NCBI GenBank assembly: GCA_016195145.1
Contig: JACQAF010000161.1
Coordinates: forward strand, 1 to 33,850
Length of the DNA stretch: 33,850 bases
From: Rhodospirillales bacterium
GTDB taxonomy: Bacteria > Pseudomonadota > Alphaproteobacteria > CACIAM-22H2
Reading direction: 5' to 3'
The notes under the pieces are model-generated. The model worked only from the letters and a program-made list of their open reading frames with translations. It did no database searches and had not been told where the DNA came from. Below are positions 1-8,978 of the stretch, piece by piece. How positions within the stretch are numbered: the first letter of the stretch is position 1; each line of letters opens with the position of its first letter. The position numbers and the translations under genes are program-made.

Positions 1-40
1 CTTCGCCCTGCCCGCCTTCGTCTACCGCCACATGCGCTGA
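1..40 (+). CDS. 3' end of an upstream gene (partial), possibly spermidine synthase-like
   Basis: The frame from nt 2 reads FALPAFVYRHMR* with GC3-rich codons. AFALP-like tails occur in SpeE, but only 12 codons are visible. Confidence 0.2.
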   Translation, partial: FALPAFVYRHMR

Positions 41-119
41 TCCGTGCCGCCGGCGCGGCTTGAGCGCGCGGCGGTCTTGGCCCACAATCCCCCTCACAAC
101 GCCACGAGGGGAGATGCTC

Positions 120-1202
120 ATGTCGATGCCCGGACCCGAATATGTCGGCGCCGACCAGGCGATGCGCCTGTCGGCCTTTTCCGTCCAGGACCATTACCCG
201 ACCCGCGGCCGCACCGTCGCCGAGCTCTATCGCGAGCTGATCGGCCAGGCGGAGCTGGCCGACGAGCTGGGCTACGATAGCTTCTTCGTCGCCGAACACC
301 ATTTCCATGAATACGGCGTCATCCCCAATCCGGCGGTGATGATCGCGGCCCTGGCCGCGCATACGAAGCGCATCCGCCTCGGCTCGGCGGTCGCCATCCT
401 TCCCTTCCACCATCCGCTTACCGTCGCCGAAAACTACGCCATGGCCGATTTGCTGTCGGGCGGGCGGCTGGTGCTGGGCGTCGGCTCGGGCTACCTCAAG
501 CACGAATTCGCCGGCTACGCCATCGATGGAGCCGAAAAGCGCGAACGTTTCGACGAGGCGCTCGCCGTCCTCAAGCGGGCGCTGGCCGGCGAACGGCTCG
601 ATTTCAAAGGCAAGTTCACCGCCTTCGACAGCGTGGCGCTCAACGTCCTGCCGGTGCAACGGCCCACCCCACCGATCTATGTCGCCGTTCTCAAGCGCGA
701 AGGGGCGTATTTCGTCGGCCGCCAGGGTCACGACATCATGTGCGTGCCCTATGCTTCGGTCGACCGTTTCGAGGAAGTCGGCGCGATGGCCGCCGAGTTT
801 CGCAAAGGCCGCGCCGAAGCGGGCCTCGCGCCCGAGACCGGCGACGGCCTGTTCGCCTTCCACACCCATGTCGCGGAAAGCGACGCGGCGTGCCGGCGCG
901 AAGCGGCCGAGGCGTTCGATCTTTACGTCGAAACGCGGCTCTATGCCAAGCGCCAGACCTTTGACGATATCCTCAAAAGCGGCCTCGGCCTGTTCGGGTC
1001 GGTCGATACGGTGGTCGAGAAACTGGTCCGCCTGCGCGAAATGGGGGTGAATCACGTCATGGCGCTGATGAATTTCGGCCTGATGACCGACGATCGCGTG
1101 CGCCGCTCGATGCGGCTGATGGCCGAAGAGGTCATGCCGCGGGTGCGCCGGCGATTGGCCGCTGGCAAGACCGTCCCCTTCCGCCGCCAGACGGGGCAGT
1201 AA
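120..1202 (+). CDS. LLM-class (luciferase-like) flavin-dependent monooxygenase
   Basis: Motifs ADELGYDSFFVAEHHF, TKRIRLGSAVAILPFHHPLTVAE, DLLSGGRLVLGVGSGY and SMRLMAEEVMPRV. The start is uncertain: ATG120 follows GGAG, and ATG162 (MRLSAF) is the alternative. Confidence 0.9.
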   Translation: MSMPGPEYVGADQAMRLSAFSVQDHYPTRGRTVAELYRELIGQAELADELGYDSFFVAEHHFHEYGVIPNPAVMIAALAAHTKRIRLGSAVAILPFHHPLTVAENYAMADLLSGGRLVLGVGSGYLKHEFAGYAIDGAEKRERFDEALAVLKRALAGERLDFKGKFTAFDSVALNVLPVQRPTPPIYVAVLKREGAYFVGRQGHDIMCVPYASVDRFEEVGAMAAEFRKGRAEAGLAPETGDGLFAFHTHVAESDAACRREAAEAFDLYVETRLYAKRQTFDDILKSGLGLFGSVDTVVEKLVRLREMGVNHVMALMNFGLMTDDRVRRSMRLMAEEVMPRVRRRLAAGKTVPFRRQTGQ

Positions 1203-1230
1203 CCGGCGTCACGCGCCGGCAAGGAATTCT

Positions 1231-2535
1231 CTACGATCGCGGCATCGCCGCGCCGTCGAGATTTGCGCCGTCGAGATTGGCGTTTTCGAGATTGGCGTCG
1301 GTCAGCTTCGCCTTGCTCAGATTGGCCTTGGCGAGGTTGGCGTCGGTCAGATTGGCCTTGAACAGATTGGCCTCGCTGAGATCGGCTTCGCTGAAATTAC
1401 AGGCGGCGAGATTGGCCGCCCATAGCCGCCCGGTCGGTTTGCCGTCCGGGCCTTTCATGTCGACCGCCGCCAGGTTCGCGCCCGTGAGCTTCGCCTTGCT
1501 GAGATCGGCGTGCGAGAGATTGGCCCCGTCGAGATGCGCGCCCGTCAGATCGGCCCCGACGAGCGCCGTGCTCGACAGATCGGTCATGATCATCGACGCG
1601 CCGCGCAATTTCGCCCCGATCAGCTTCGCGCCGCGCAGCGTCGCCCCGCTCAGATTGACGTTGGTCAGGTCGATATGGCTCATGTCGGCGTCGCTGAGAT
1701 TGGCGCGCTCGCCTGAACGGCCATCGGAGCGGATCCACTCCTGGTGGTCGCTCAAGGTTTTCTGGATCGCGTCGGAAAACGAATCGGCCGAGCGGGCGAG
1801 GTTCGCGCCGGTAATATCGGCCTTGCTGAGGTCGATGCCGGTCAGCGTCGCCCCGGTGAGATCGGCGCCGCGCATATTGGCCCCGTCGACGATCACGCCG
1901 GTGAGGTCGGCGCCGCGCAGATTGGCCCCGGTCAGCGTGGCGCCGGCGAAGCTCGCGCCCTTGAGATCGGCCCCCGACAGATTGGCCCGCGCCAGCGTCG
2001 CCTTGGACAGATTGCACCCCGTCATCCGCGCGCCCGAGCAATCGGCATCGTTGAGCTTGGCGTTGGACAGGTCGGCCCCGGTTACGTTTGCCCGCGCCAG
2101 CACCGCCTTTTCCATCTCCGCACCGCCGAGATCGGCGGCGACGACGCTGAGCCCATTCTTGCTCTGCGAGTTGAGCAGCGTGCCACCGCGCAAATCGACG
2201 TCGCGCATATTGGCGCCGTTCAGCTTCGCCCCGCGCAGATAGGCCCCGCGCAGATCGGCCCCCGAAATATCGGCGAAGGTCAGGTCGGCGCGGTCGAGAT
2301 TGGCGGCGAACAGATCGGCCTGGTTGAGGTTGGCCTCGCTCAGCACCGCCCGCGACAGATTGGCCCCCGACAGCTTGGCCGAACGTAGGTTGGCCTTTTC
2401 CAGACTCACGCCGTGCAGATCGGCCAGGGTGAAATTCGCCCTCGATCCTCCCGGTTGCTGATTAAGCCAACGTTCGTGACTGGTTAAGATTTTGAGGATG
2501 TCTTGGGGCGTCATGGGTGCGGCATAGTAATCCAT
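1231..2535 (-). CDS. Pentapeptide repeat protein (two tandem modules)
   Basis: Continuous A(D/N)LxX repeats. Two similar head segments (ILTSHERWL...GSRANF and TLSDHQEWI...GERANL). Alternative start at ATG2514. Confidence 0.95.
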   Translation of the reverse strand: MDYYAAPMTPQDILKILTSHERWLNQQPGGSRANFTLADLHGVSLEKANLRSAKLSGANLSRAVLSEANLNQADLFAANLDRADLTFADISGADLRGAYLRGAKLNGANMRDVDLRGGTLLNSQSKNGLSVVAADLGGAEMEKAVLARANVTGADLSNAKLNDADCSGARMTGCNLSKATLARANLSGADLKGASFAGATLTGANLRGADLTGVIVDGANMRGADLTGATLTGIDLSKADITGANLARSADSFSDAIQKTLSDHQEWIRSDGRSGERANLSDADMSHIDLTNVNLSGATLRGAKLIGAKLRGASMIMTDLSSTALVGADLTGAHLDGANLSHADLSKAKLTGANLAAVDMKGPDGKPTGRLWAANLAACNFSEADLSEANLFKANLTDANLAKANLSKAKLTDANLENANLDGANLDGAAMPRS

Positions 2536-2602
2536 CGCCCATAGCGGCGAAAAGGGTTAACCGGACAATATCTTGCCGGATAGCGCCGGCCGCCTGCCGG
2601 CC

Positions 2603-3904
2603 TTAACGGCTCTTTTTGGCCTGGCCCCGGGGGCGGACGGGTTTCAACCCCCGGCCCTTGCCGATGCTGGCGGGCCCGAATTTCTCCCGTACCCGGTCGA
2701 TCGCCCGTTCAACCGCCTCCAGCCGGTCGTCCGGACCTCCAAACAGATCGGCCGGCGGGCCAGCCTCGACGGCCGGCATCAGATCGTCGAGTCCGATGCC
2801 GATCAGCCGGAAGCGTCGCCGGCCGGCCTCGCGGGCAAGCAAGGGGCGGGCGGCCCGGAACATCGCCTCGGCGAGCTGGGTCGGCCGGTCCAACTGGTGA
2901 CGGCGGGTCAGCAGGCGGAAATCGGCCGTCTTGAGCTTGAGTACCGCCGTCCGCCCGACCAGCCCGGCCTGTTTGAGGCGACCGGCGAGTTTTTCGCAGA
3001 GCGGCCACAATTCCTCCTCCAGCGCCGGCAGGGCGGCAAGGTCGGTCTCGAAGGTGGTCTCGGCCGACAATATCTTCGCCTCGTGGTCCCGTTCCACCTC
3101 GCGCGAATCCTCCCCCTCGGCGAGATGGGCGAGGCGCCGGCCGAACGCGCCATAGCGCCGGCCGAGCTCGTCCGCCCCGACCCGCTGCAGATCGCCGATC
3201 ATGGCGATACCGTCGGCGGTGAGCCGGGCCTCCTGCTTCGCGCCGACGCCGGGAATGACCCGTACCGGCCGCCCGGCGAGAAAACCGCGCGCCTCCTGCC
3301 GGCCGATTACGCCGAAGCCGCGCGGCTTGTCGATTTCCGAAGCCAGCTTGGCGAGAAACTTGTTGAAGCTGAGGCCGATCGACACGGTGATGCCGATCTC
3401 GGTCTCGATCCGCCGCGCGAGCCCGGCCAGCGTCAACGCCGGCGGGCGGCGATGCACGGCCTCGGTCCCCGCTAGGTCGAGATACGCCTCGTCGAGCGAC
3501 ACCGGCTCGACCAGCGGCGTCGCCTCGTCGAACAGTGCCCGCACGTCGCGGCTGACGCGGGCGTATTTGGCGATGTCGGGGCGGATGACTACCGCCTGCG
3601 GGCACAGCTTCAGCGCCTTGAACATCGGCATCGCCGAGCGCACGCCGTAGCGCCGCGCGATATAGCAGGCGGTCGTCGCCACGCCGCGCCGGCCGCCGCC
3701 GACGATCAGCGGCCGGTCGGCAAGCGTTGGGTCGTCGCGCTTCTCGACCGAGGCGTAGAAGGCGTCGCAATCGACATGGGCGAAGGCGAGCGCGAACAAT
3801 TCGGGATGGAACAGAAGCCGGGTCGATCCGCAACGCGGGCAGCGTTCGGCCTCGCCCGCGCGGTCGAGCGGCGACAGGCAGTCCCGACACAGGCCGGGCG
3901 CCAT
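2603..3904 (-). CDS. dinB: DNA polymerase IV (Y-family) with N-terminal Cys4 Zn-ribbon
   Basis: Motifs AHVDCDAFYASVE, ACYIARRYGVRSAMP, VSLDEAYLDL and NKFLAKLASEIDKPRG. N-terminal CRDC...CPRC as in alphaproteobacterial DinB. Confidence 0.95.
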   Translation of the reverse strand: MAPGLCRDCLSPLDRAGEAERCPRCGSTRLLFHPELFALAFAHVDCDAFYASVEKRDDPTLADRPLIVGGGRRGVATTACYIARRYGVRSAMPMFKALKLCPQAVVIRPDIAKYARVSRDVRALFDEATPLVEPVSLDEAYLDLAGTEAVHRRPPALTLAGLARRIETEIGITVSIGLSFNKFLAKLASEIDKPRGFGVIGRQEARGFLAGRPVRVIPGVGAKQEARLTADGIAMIGDLQRVGADELGRRYGAFGRRLAHLAEGEDSREVERDHEAKILSAETTFETDLAALPALEEELWPLCEKLAGRLKQAGLVGRTAVLKLKTADFRLLTRRHQLDRPTQLAEAMFRAARPLLAREAGRRRFRLIGIGLDDLMPAVEAGPPADLFGGPDDRLEAVERAIDRVREKFGPASIGKGRGLKPVRPRGQAKKSR

Positions 3905-3916
3905 CGCCGGCCGCGC

Positions 3917-4885
3917 TTATCCGGCCGAGCGCAGCCGCCGCAACGGCTGCGCGAGATCGCCGAGCCGGCGTTCGAGACGGGCGATCAAGCCATCGAGCTC
4001 CTTATGGTCGTCGGCGTCGAGCGCCGCGCCCGGCGCGCGCAGCGCCGCCGTCCCGATCACGCCGCGGCGGCGCAGGATTTCCTTGCGCACGGCGAGGCCG
4101 ATACCGGGCTGGTTCTCGTAACGGACGATCGGCAGATAGGCGTCGTAGAGATCGGCCGCACCCTCGACATCGCCGGCGAAAAACTTCTCGCACACGCCGA
4201 CCAGCATTTCGGGATAGGCGACGCCGGTCATCGCCCCGTCGGCGCCGCGGCCCAGCTCCTGCGGCAGGAACATGCCGCTATTGCCAACCAGGATGCTGAT
4301 CCGCCGGCGTTCGCCCTTCGCCTCGGCGGCGCGCACCTTGGCGAGTTTGCGCAGGCCCGGCACGTCCTCGTGTTTGAGCATCTTGAGGCTCGGGTGATGG
4401 GCGAAGAGCCGGTTGAGCAGCGACGCCGACATGTGGACGGCGGTGAGCTGCGGATAATCCTGGAGCACGATCGGCACCTGCAGCCCCAAATCCCTGATTG
4501 CGCCGGCGATATAGGTCTCGATCTGCTCGTCGGTCTTGAGGCCGGCCATCGGCGAGACCATCACGCCCGCCGCGCCCAGCGTCATCACCTTGTCGGTCAG
4601 CCGCTTGAGATTGAGGTTGCCGGCGCTCGACACGCCGACGACCACCTGCACGCGGCCGTTAACGTGCTTCAGCACCCGCTCGGCGAATTCCAACGATTCG
4701 GCTGCCGACAGCTTCGGCGCTTCGCCCATCACGCCGAGAATGACAATGCCGTCGACCCGCCCGTCGAGATAGAAATCGACCAGCCGGTCGGTGCTGTCGA
4801 AATCGATATCGCCCGCCTCGGTAAAGGGCGTCGCCGAGATGATATAGACGCCCCGGGCGGTTTCATCGAGCGGCTTGGCGGCCAT
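3917..4885 (-). CDS. DHDPS/NAL-superfamily class I aldolase/dehydratase (not a canonical DapA)
   Basis: Motifs GVYIISATPF, ILGVMGE, PIVLQDYP, Schiff-base Lys in LKHED, and GADGAMTG. ATG4885 has an upstream AGGAG. Confidence 0.85.
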   Translation of the reverse strand: MAAKPLDETARGVYIISATPFTEAGDIDFDSTDRLVDFYLDGRVDGIVILGVMGEAPKLSAAESLEFAERVLKHVNGRVQVVVGVSSAGNLNLKRLTDKVMTLGAAGVMVSPMAGLKTDEQIETYIAGAIRDLGLQVPIVLQDYPQLTAVHMSASLLNRLFAHHPSLKMLKHEDVPGLRKLAKVRAAEAKGERRRISILVGNSGMFLPQELGRGADGAMTGVAYPEMLVGVCEKFFAGDVEGAADLYDAYLPIVRYENQPGIGLAVRKEILRRRGVIGTAALRAPGAALDADDHKELDGLIARLERRLGDLAQPLRRLRSAG

Positions 4886-4994
4886 GATGCGGGTTCTCCT
4901 GACGGCGGGATTGACGCATTCGTAGCAAATGCGGCGAGCGGCAACAATGCGGGCGTAGGCAGGCCGAAAGAGTTGGCCGCCCAGGCCCCAAAGG

Positions 4995-5909
4995 TTACGC
5001 GGACGCGGCTCCCTGGACGGCGAGCGTCCCCGACCGCCCGTCGACCGTACCGGCGACCAGTCGCGCCACGGGAATGCCCGATGGCCGGGAGAGCAGCTCG
5101 CGCGCCGTATCGCCGAGATTGACGAAGGCCACTCCCGCCCCGGCCATCGCAGCGAGAAAATCGGCAAACCACGCCTTGCGGGCCATGCCTTCGATCTCGG
5201 CATGGACGGTCATCACGTTAAGCCGGTCGGCGGCGAGCAGGCGCCGATAGGCGTCGATCAGCCTGCTCTCGGGATATTCGGGCCGGCCGAGCAGCTCGTC
5301 GAGCGTCGGCAGGGTGGTCGGTATCTGGAGCGTACGGAAGGTCCGCCCGTCGCAATGCGGGAAAAACGGCGTCGTGCCGCGCGCGTCGCTGGCGTAGTCG
5401 AGCGCGGCCGCGTCATAGGCGGCCAGGCTGTTGGTATCGGCCTGCCAGCCGGCGGCCCCGGCGGTGCGCGCCGGCCGGCCGAAGACATCGGCGAATGCGC
5501 GATGCGCCTTGGCGAATTCGGCGTCAGCCGCGGCCGCGTCCATCCGCGCGAGGCCGTCCTGCCAGCGCACATGGTCCCAGCAATGGATGCCGACCTCGTG
5601 CCCCGCCGCCTCGATGGCGCGCATCGTCGCCGCGTTGCGCCGCGCGATGTTCGGCCCCGGCCACAGCACGCCGTTCAGCAGCGTGCGCCAGCCATAAAGC
5701 GCCACCACGTTGGTGCGCGACACCTTGGCGAAAAAGCCCTTGCGGAAAATGCGCTTGATCGCGCGGCCGGTGTTGTCGGGGCCGAGCGAGAACAGAAACG
5801 TCGCGCGGACGCCCCGCGCGGTCAGCATTTCGGCCAACGCCGGCGCGCCGATGCGCGTGCCGCGGTCGGTGTCGACATCGACCTTGATCGCGAGCCGGAG
5901 ATGGCTCAT
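4995..5909 (-). CDS. arnD: Undecaprenyl-phosphate-L-Ara4FN deformylase (polysaccharide deacetylase family)
   Basis: Motifs LAIKVDVDT, ATFLFSLGPDNTGR, GHEVGIHCWDHVRWQD, QIPTTLPTLDEL and TVHAEIEG. ATGA overlap with the arnA2 stop; last gene of the arn operon. Confidence 0.9.
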   Translation of the reverse strand: MSHLRLAIKVDVDTDRGTRIGAPALAEMLTARGVRATFLFSLGPDNTGRAIKRIFRKGFFAKVSRTNVVALYGWRTLLNGVLWPGPNIARRNAATMRAIEAAGHEVGIHCWDHVRWQDGLARMDAAAADAEFAKAHRAFADVFGRPARTAGAAGWQADTNSLAAYDAAALDYASDARGTTPFFPHCDGRTFRTLQIPTTLPTLDELLGRPEYPESRLIDAYRRLLAADRLNVMTVHAEIEGMARKAWFADFLAAMAGAGVAFVNLGDTARELLSRPSGIPVARLVAGTVDGRSGTLAVQGAASA

Positions 5910-6970
5910 GGGGTCGTCGGGGTCTCTCGAAGGTCCGCCGAATCGGTCGGGCCGGCGAGCAGATAGTAGTCGAGCGTCTTGCGGATCGCCGTCTTGAGGT
6001 CGGTCGTCGGCCGCCAGCCGAGATGGGTTTCGGCGTTGCGGATCGAGGGCACGCGCACGAGGATATCCTCGTAGCCGGCGCCGTAATATTCCTTGGATTC
6101 GATCGGTACGATCTTCGCCTTGCGCGCCGCCTCGGCGTAACCGGGGTACGATCCGATCATCTCGACCAGAATCTCGGCCAGTTCGCGGATCGACATGTCG
6201 TTGCGCGCGTCGCCGATATTGAAGATGCGCCCGTCCGCCCCGCCGTTCTTGTTCTCGATAATGCGCACCAGCGCCTCGACCGCGTCGTCGATATAAAGGA
6301 AGCAGCGTCGCTGGCTGCCGCCATTGACCAGATAGACGTTCGAGCCGCGAATGATATTGCCGACGAATTGCGTCAGCACGCGCGAGCTGCCCTCCTTCGC
6401 CGCCCAGATGTTGTCGAGCTTCGGCCCGATCCAGTTGAACGGCCGGAACAGCGTGTATTGCAGGCGCTTCTCGAAGCCGTAGCCATAGATCACCCGGTCG
6501 AGAAGCTGTTTCGAGCAGGCGTAGATCCAGCGCTGCTTGTTGATCGGCCCGAGAACGAAGTTCGAGGTCTCCTCGTCGAACTCGCGCTCGGGATTCATCC
6601 CGTACACCTCGGAGGTCGAGGGGAACAGGATGCGCTTCTTGTGGCGCACGCAGTCGCGCACGATGGCGAGGTTGGCCTCGAAGTCGAGCTCGAACACCGC
6701 CAGCGGGTCCTTCACATAGGTCGCCGGGGTAGCGATGGCGACCAGCGGAATCACCACGTCGCATTTCTTGACGTGGTATTGCACCCACTCGCGATTGATC
6801 GTGATGTCGCCCTCGACGAAGGTGAAGCGCGGATTGCCGAGGCACTTCTCCAGCTTCCCCGACTGAATATCCATGCCGAAGATCGACCAGTCGCGATGCT
6901 TCAGGATGTATTCGCTGAGATTGCTGCCGATGAAACCGTTGACGCCGAGGATCAGGATTTTAAGACTCAC
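5906..6970 (-). CDS. arnA: UDP-glucuronate dehydrogenase/decarboxylase (stand-alone ArnA C-terminal domain, ArnA2)
   Basis: Motifs ILILGVNGFIG, PLVAIATP, FELDFEANL, FPSTSEVYG, RWIYACSKQLLDR and FRPFNWIGP. Confidence 0.93.
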   Translation of the reverse strand: MSLKILILGVNGFIGSNLSEYILKHRDWSIFGMDIQSGKLEKCLGNPRFTFVEGDITINREWVQYHVKKCDVVIPLVAIATPATYVKDPLAVFELDFEANLAIVRDCVRHKKRILFPSTSEVYGMNPEREFDEETSNFVLGPINKQRWIYACSKQLLDRVIYGYGFEKRLQYTLFRPFNWIGPKLDNIWAAKEGSSRVLTQFVGNIIRGSNVYLVNGGSQRRCFLYIDDAVEALVRIIENKNGGADGRIFNIGDARNDMSIRELAEILVEMIGSYPGYAEAARKAKIVPIESKEYYGAGYEDILVRVPSIRNAETHLGWRPTTDLKTAIRKTLDYYLLAGPTDSADLRETPTTP

Positions 6971-7070
6971 GGGGGACTCGTTTCTCCGCTCGGGATGGGG
7001 GCACGCGGGCGCCAGAATACAAGAGACCGCGCACCAAAGAAGCCAAAAATACGCTTTTTATATCAAATAA

Positions 7071-7997
7071 TTAATCGAGAATGCGGCCGGCGGCGGGAGC
7101 CTCCCCGCCGGCCGGCGATTCGACGATGGGCCCGCCATCCCACTGCCAGTGCCCGATCTCGACCGTCCCCTCGCCCGCCGCGACGCGCAACGGCGTCGAG
7201 GAAACCACCTCGCCCGGCCGCCCCGCGCCCGCGCCGGCATGGGCCCGCCAGACATATAGCCGCCGGCCGTCGAGATGGGTGAACGCGCCGGGAAACGGCT
7301 CGGCCACCGCGCGCACAAGATCGACGATGCGCTGCGCCGGCTGCCGCCAGTCGATACGCCCGTCCTCCGGCCGCCGGCCGCCGAAATAGCTCGCCTGCGA
7401 TTCGTCTTGGACGATGCGCGGCGCTGCCCCGCGCTTCAACGCATCGATCTGTCGCTCAAGCACTCGCCGCGCGGCGGGCACGAGCTTTTGCATCACCTCG
7501 AACGCAGTTTCCTCGGGGCCGATCGCCACCGCTTCCCGGTCGACGATGGCGCCGGCATCGGCGCGCTTGGCCATGCGATGGAGGGTCACGCCGGTTTCGC
7601 GTTCGCCATGCAGCACCGCCCAGTTGACCGGCGCACGCCCGCGATATTTGGGCAACAGGGAGCCGTGCATGTTGAATGCGCCGCGCCGCGCACGATCGAG
7701 CGCCGCCATCGGGATCATTCGCCGGTAATAGAAGGAGAGGATCAGGTCCGGCGCCAGTCGCTTCACCGTTTCGGCGACCTCCGGTCCGTCCTGCGGTTCG
7801 GCGAGGATGACGGGGATGCCGTGGCGGCGGGCAAGTTCGGCGACCGAACGGAACCAGACGCGCTCGCCCGGCGCGTCGGCGTGGGTGAAAACGCAGCGCA
7901 CATTCTCGCCGCGCGCAATCAGCAGGTCGAGACACTCATAGCCGACGTCGCTATAGCCAAAAACGACGATGCCGCCGCTACTCGTCGAGCCGTTCAT
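7071..7997 (-). CDS. arnA: UDP-L-Ara4N formyltransferase (stand-alone ArnA N-terminal domain, ArnA1)
   Basis: Motifs VVFGYSDVG, LILSFYYR, FNMHGSLLPKYRGRAPVNWAV, ADAGAIV and YFGGRRPEDGRIDW. Confidence 0.92.
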   Translation of the reverse strand: MNGSTSSGGIVVFGYSDVGYECLDLLIARGENVRCVFTHADAPGERVWFRSVAELARRHGIPVILAEPQDGPEVAETVKRLAPDLILSFYYRRMIPMAALDRARRGAFNMHGSLLPKYRGRAPVNWAVLHGERETGVTLHRMAKRADAGAIVDREAVAIGPEETAFEVMQKLVPAARRVLERQIDALKRGAAPRIVQDESQASYFGGRRPEDGRIDWRQPAQRIVDLVRAVAEPFPGAFTHLDGRRLYVWRAHAGAGAGRPGEVVSSTPLRVAAGEGTVEIGHWQWDGGPIVESPAGGEAPAAGRILD

Positions 7998-8967
7998 GGA
8001 CCGTCTTGATCGCGAAGCGCGGGCGGCGGCGCACCTCTTGATAGATGCGGCCGACATATTCGCCGACGATGCCGAGCCCGGTAATGCCGACCCCGACCAG
8101 GAAATAGAGGATGCCGAACAGGGTGAACAGGCCCTCCGCCTCGGGCCCGATGATCAGGCGGCGGAAGGCGAGATAGATGACCAGCAGCAGGCTGAGCGCC
8201 GACACGCCCATGCCGAACAGGGTGAAGACCTGCAGCGGCACCAGGCTGAACCCGGTCATCAGGTCGAAATTGAGCCGGATCAGCCGGTAAAGATTGTATT
8301 TCGACGCGCCGACCGTGCGCGCCGCATGCTCGACCTCGATTTCGGCCGGATTGATCGCATAATACTGGGCGAGCGCCGGAATGAAGGTCGAACTTTCGCG
8401 GCTGTCGACCATCCGGCGGACAACATCGCGGCGATAAGCGCGCAGCATGCAGCCCTGGTCGCGCATCTCAATGCCGGTGGTCTGGGCGCGGACGCCATTG
8501 ATCAGCAGCGAGCTCCAGCGGCGGAACGGGCTGTCCTGCCGGTTCTTGCGGTAGCCGCCGACGACGTCGTGGCCGCGCTCGATGGCGGCGAGCAGCTTGC
8601 CAATTTCTTCGGGCGGGTTCTGCAGATCGGCGTCGATCGTCACTACGATCTCGCCGCGCGCCTTCTCGAAGGCGGCCATGATCGCCATGTGCTGACCGTA
8701 ATTGCGCTCAAGCTCGATCACCCGCACCTCGCGCGGCCGCGCCCGGTGCAAGCCGATGAGGATTTCGACCGAGCGGTCGCGGCTGCCGTCGTCGACGAAC
8801 AGGATCTCGAACGGCTTGCCGAGATTGTCGAGCGCCGCGGTCAACCGGTCGAACAGCGTCTTGATGTTGCCTTCTTCGTTATAGACCGGGACGACGACGC
8901 TGACATAGGGCGCGCGCAATGCGCCGGCTGGCGCCAGATCGGGGGTGGGCGAAGAGCGTAGCGACAT
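7978..8967 (-). CDS. arnC: Undecaprenyl-phosphate Ara4FN transferase (GT2)
   Basis: Motifs VSVVVPVYNEE, VDDGSRD, RNYGQHMAI, TIDADLQNPPEEI and DQGCMLRAYRR, with two C-terminal TM segments. SD AAGGGGG precedes ATG8967. Confidence 0.92.
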   Translation of the reverse strand: MSLRSSPTPDLAPAGALRAPYVSVVVPVYNEEGNIKTLFDRLTAALDNLGKPFEILFVDDGSRDRSVEILIGLHRARPREVRVIELERNYGQHMAIMAAFEKARGEIVVTIDADLQNPPEEIGKLLAAIERGHDVVGGYRKNRQDSPFRRWSSLLINGVRAQTTGIEMRDQGCMLRAYRRDVVRRMVDSRESSTFIPALAQYYAINPAEIEVEHAARTVGASKYNLYRLIRLNFDLMTGFSLVPLQVFTLFGMGVSALSLLLVIYLAFRRLIIGPEAEGLFTLFGILYFLVGVGITGLGIVGEYVGRIYQEVRRRPRFAIKTVHERLDE

Positions 8968-8978
8968 TTGCATCCCCC

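Noticed and set aside
1277-2388. Long repetitive plus-strand ORFs opposite the pentapeptide gene, and similar long antisense ORFs across the window
   Set aside because: Shadow ORFs expected from high GC3 codon bias; they have no independent motifs or RBS.
5910-6845. 616-aa ORF 4995..6845 suggesting a long ArnD fusion
   Set aside because: The first 312 codons are an Arg-rich shadow frame of arnA2. ArnD homology begins at ATG5909, which has an ATGA overlap.
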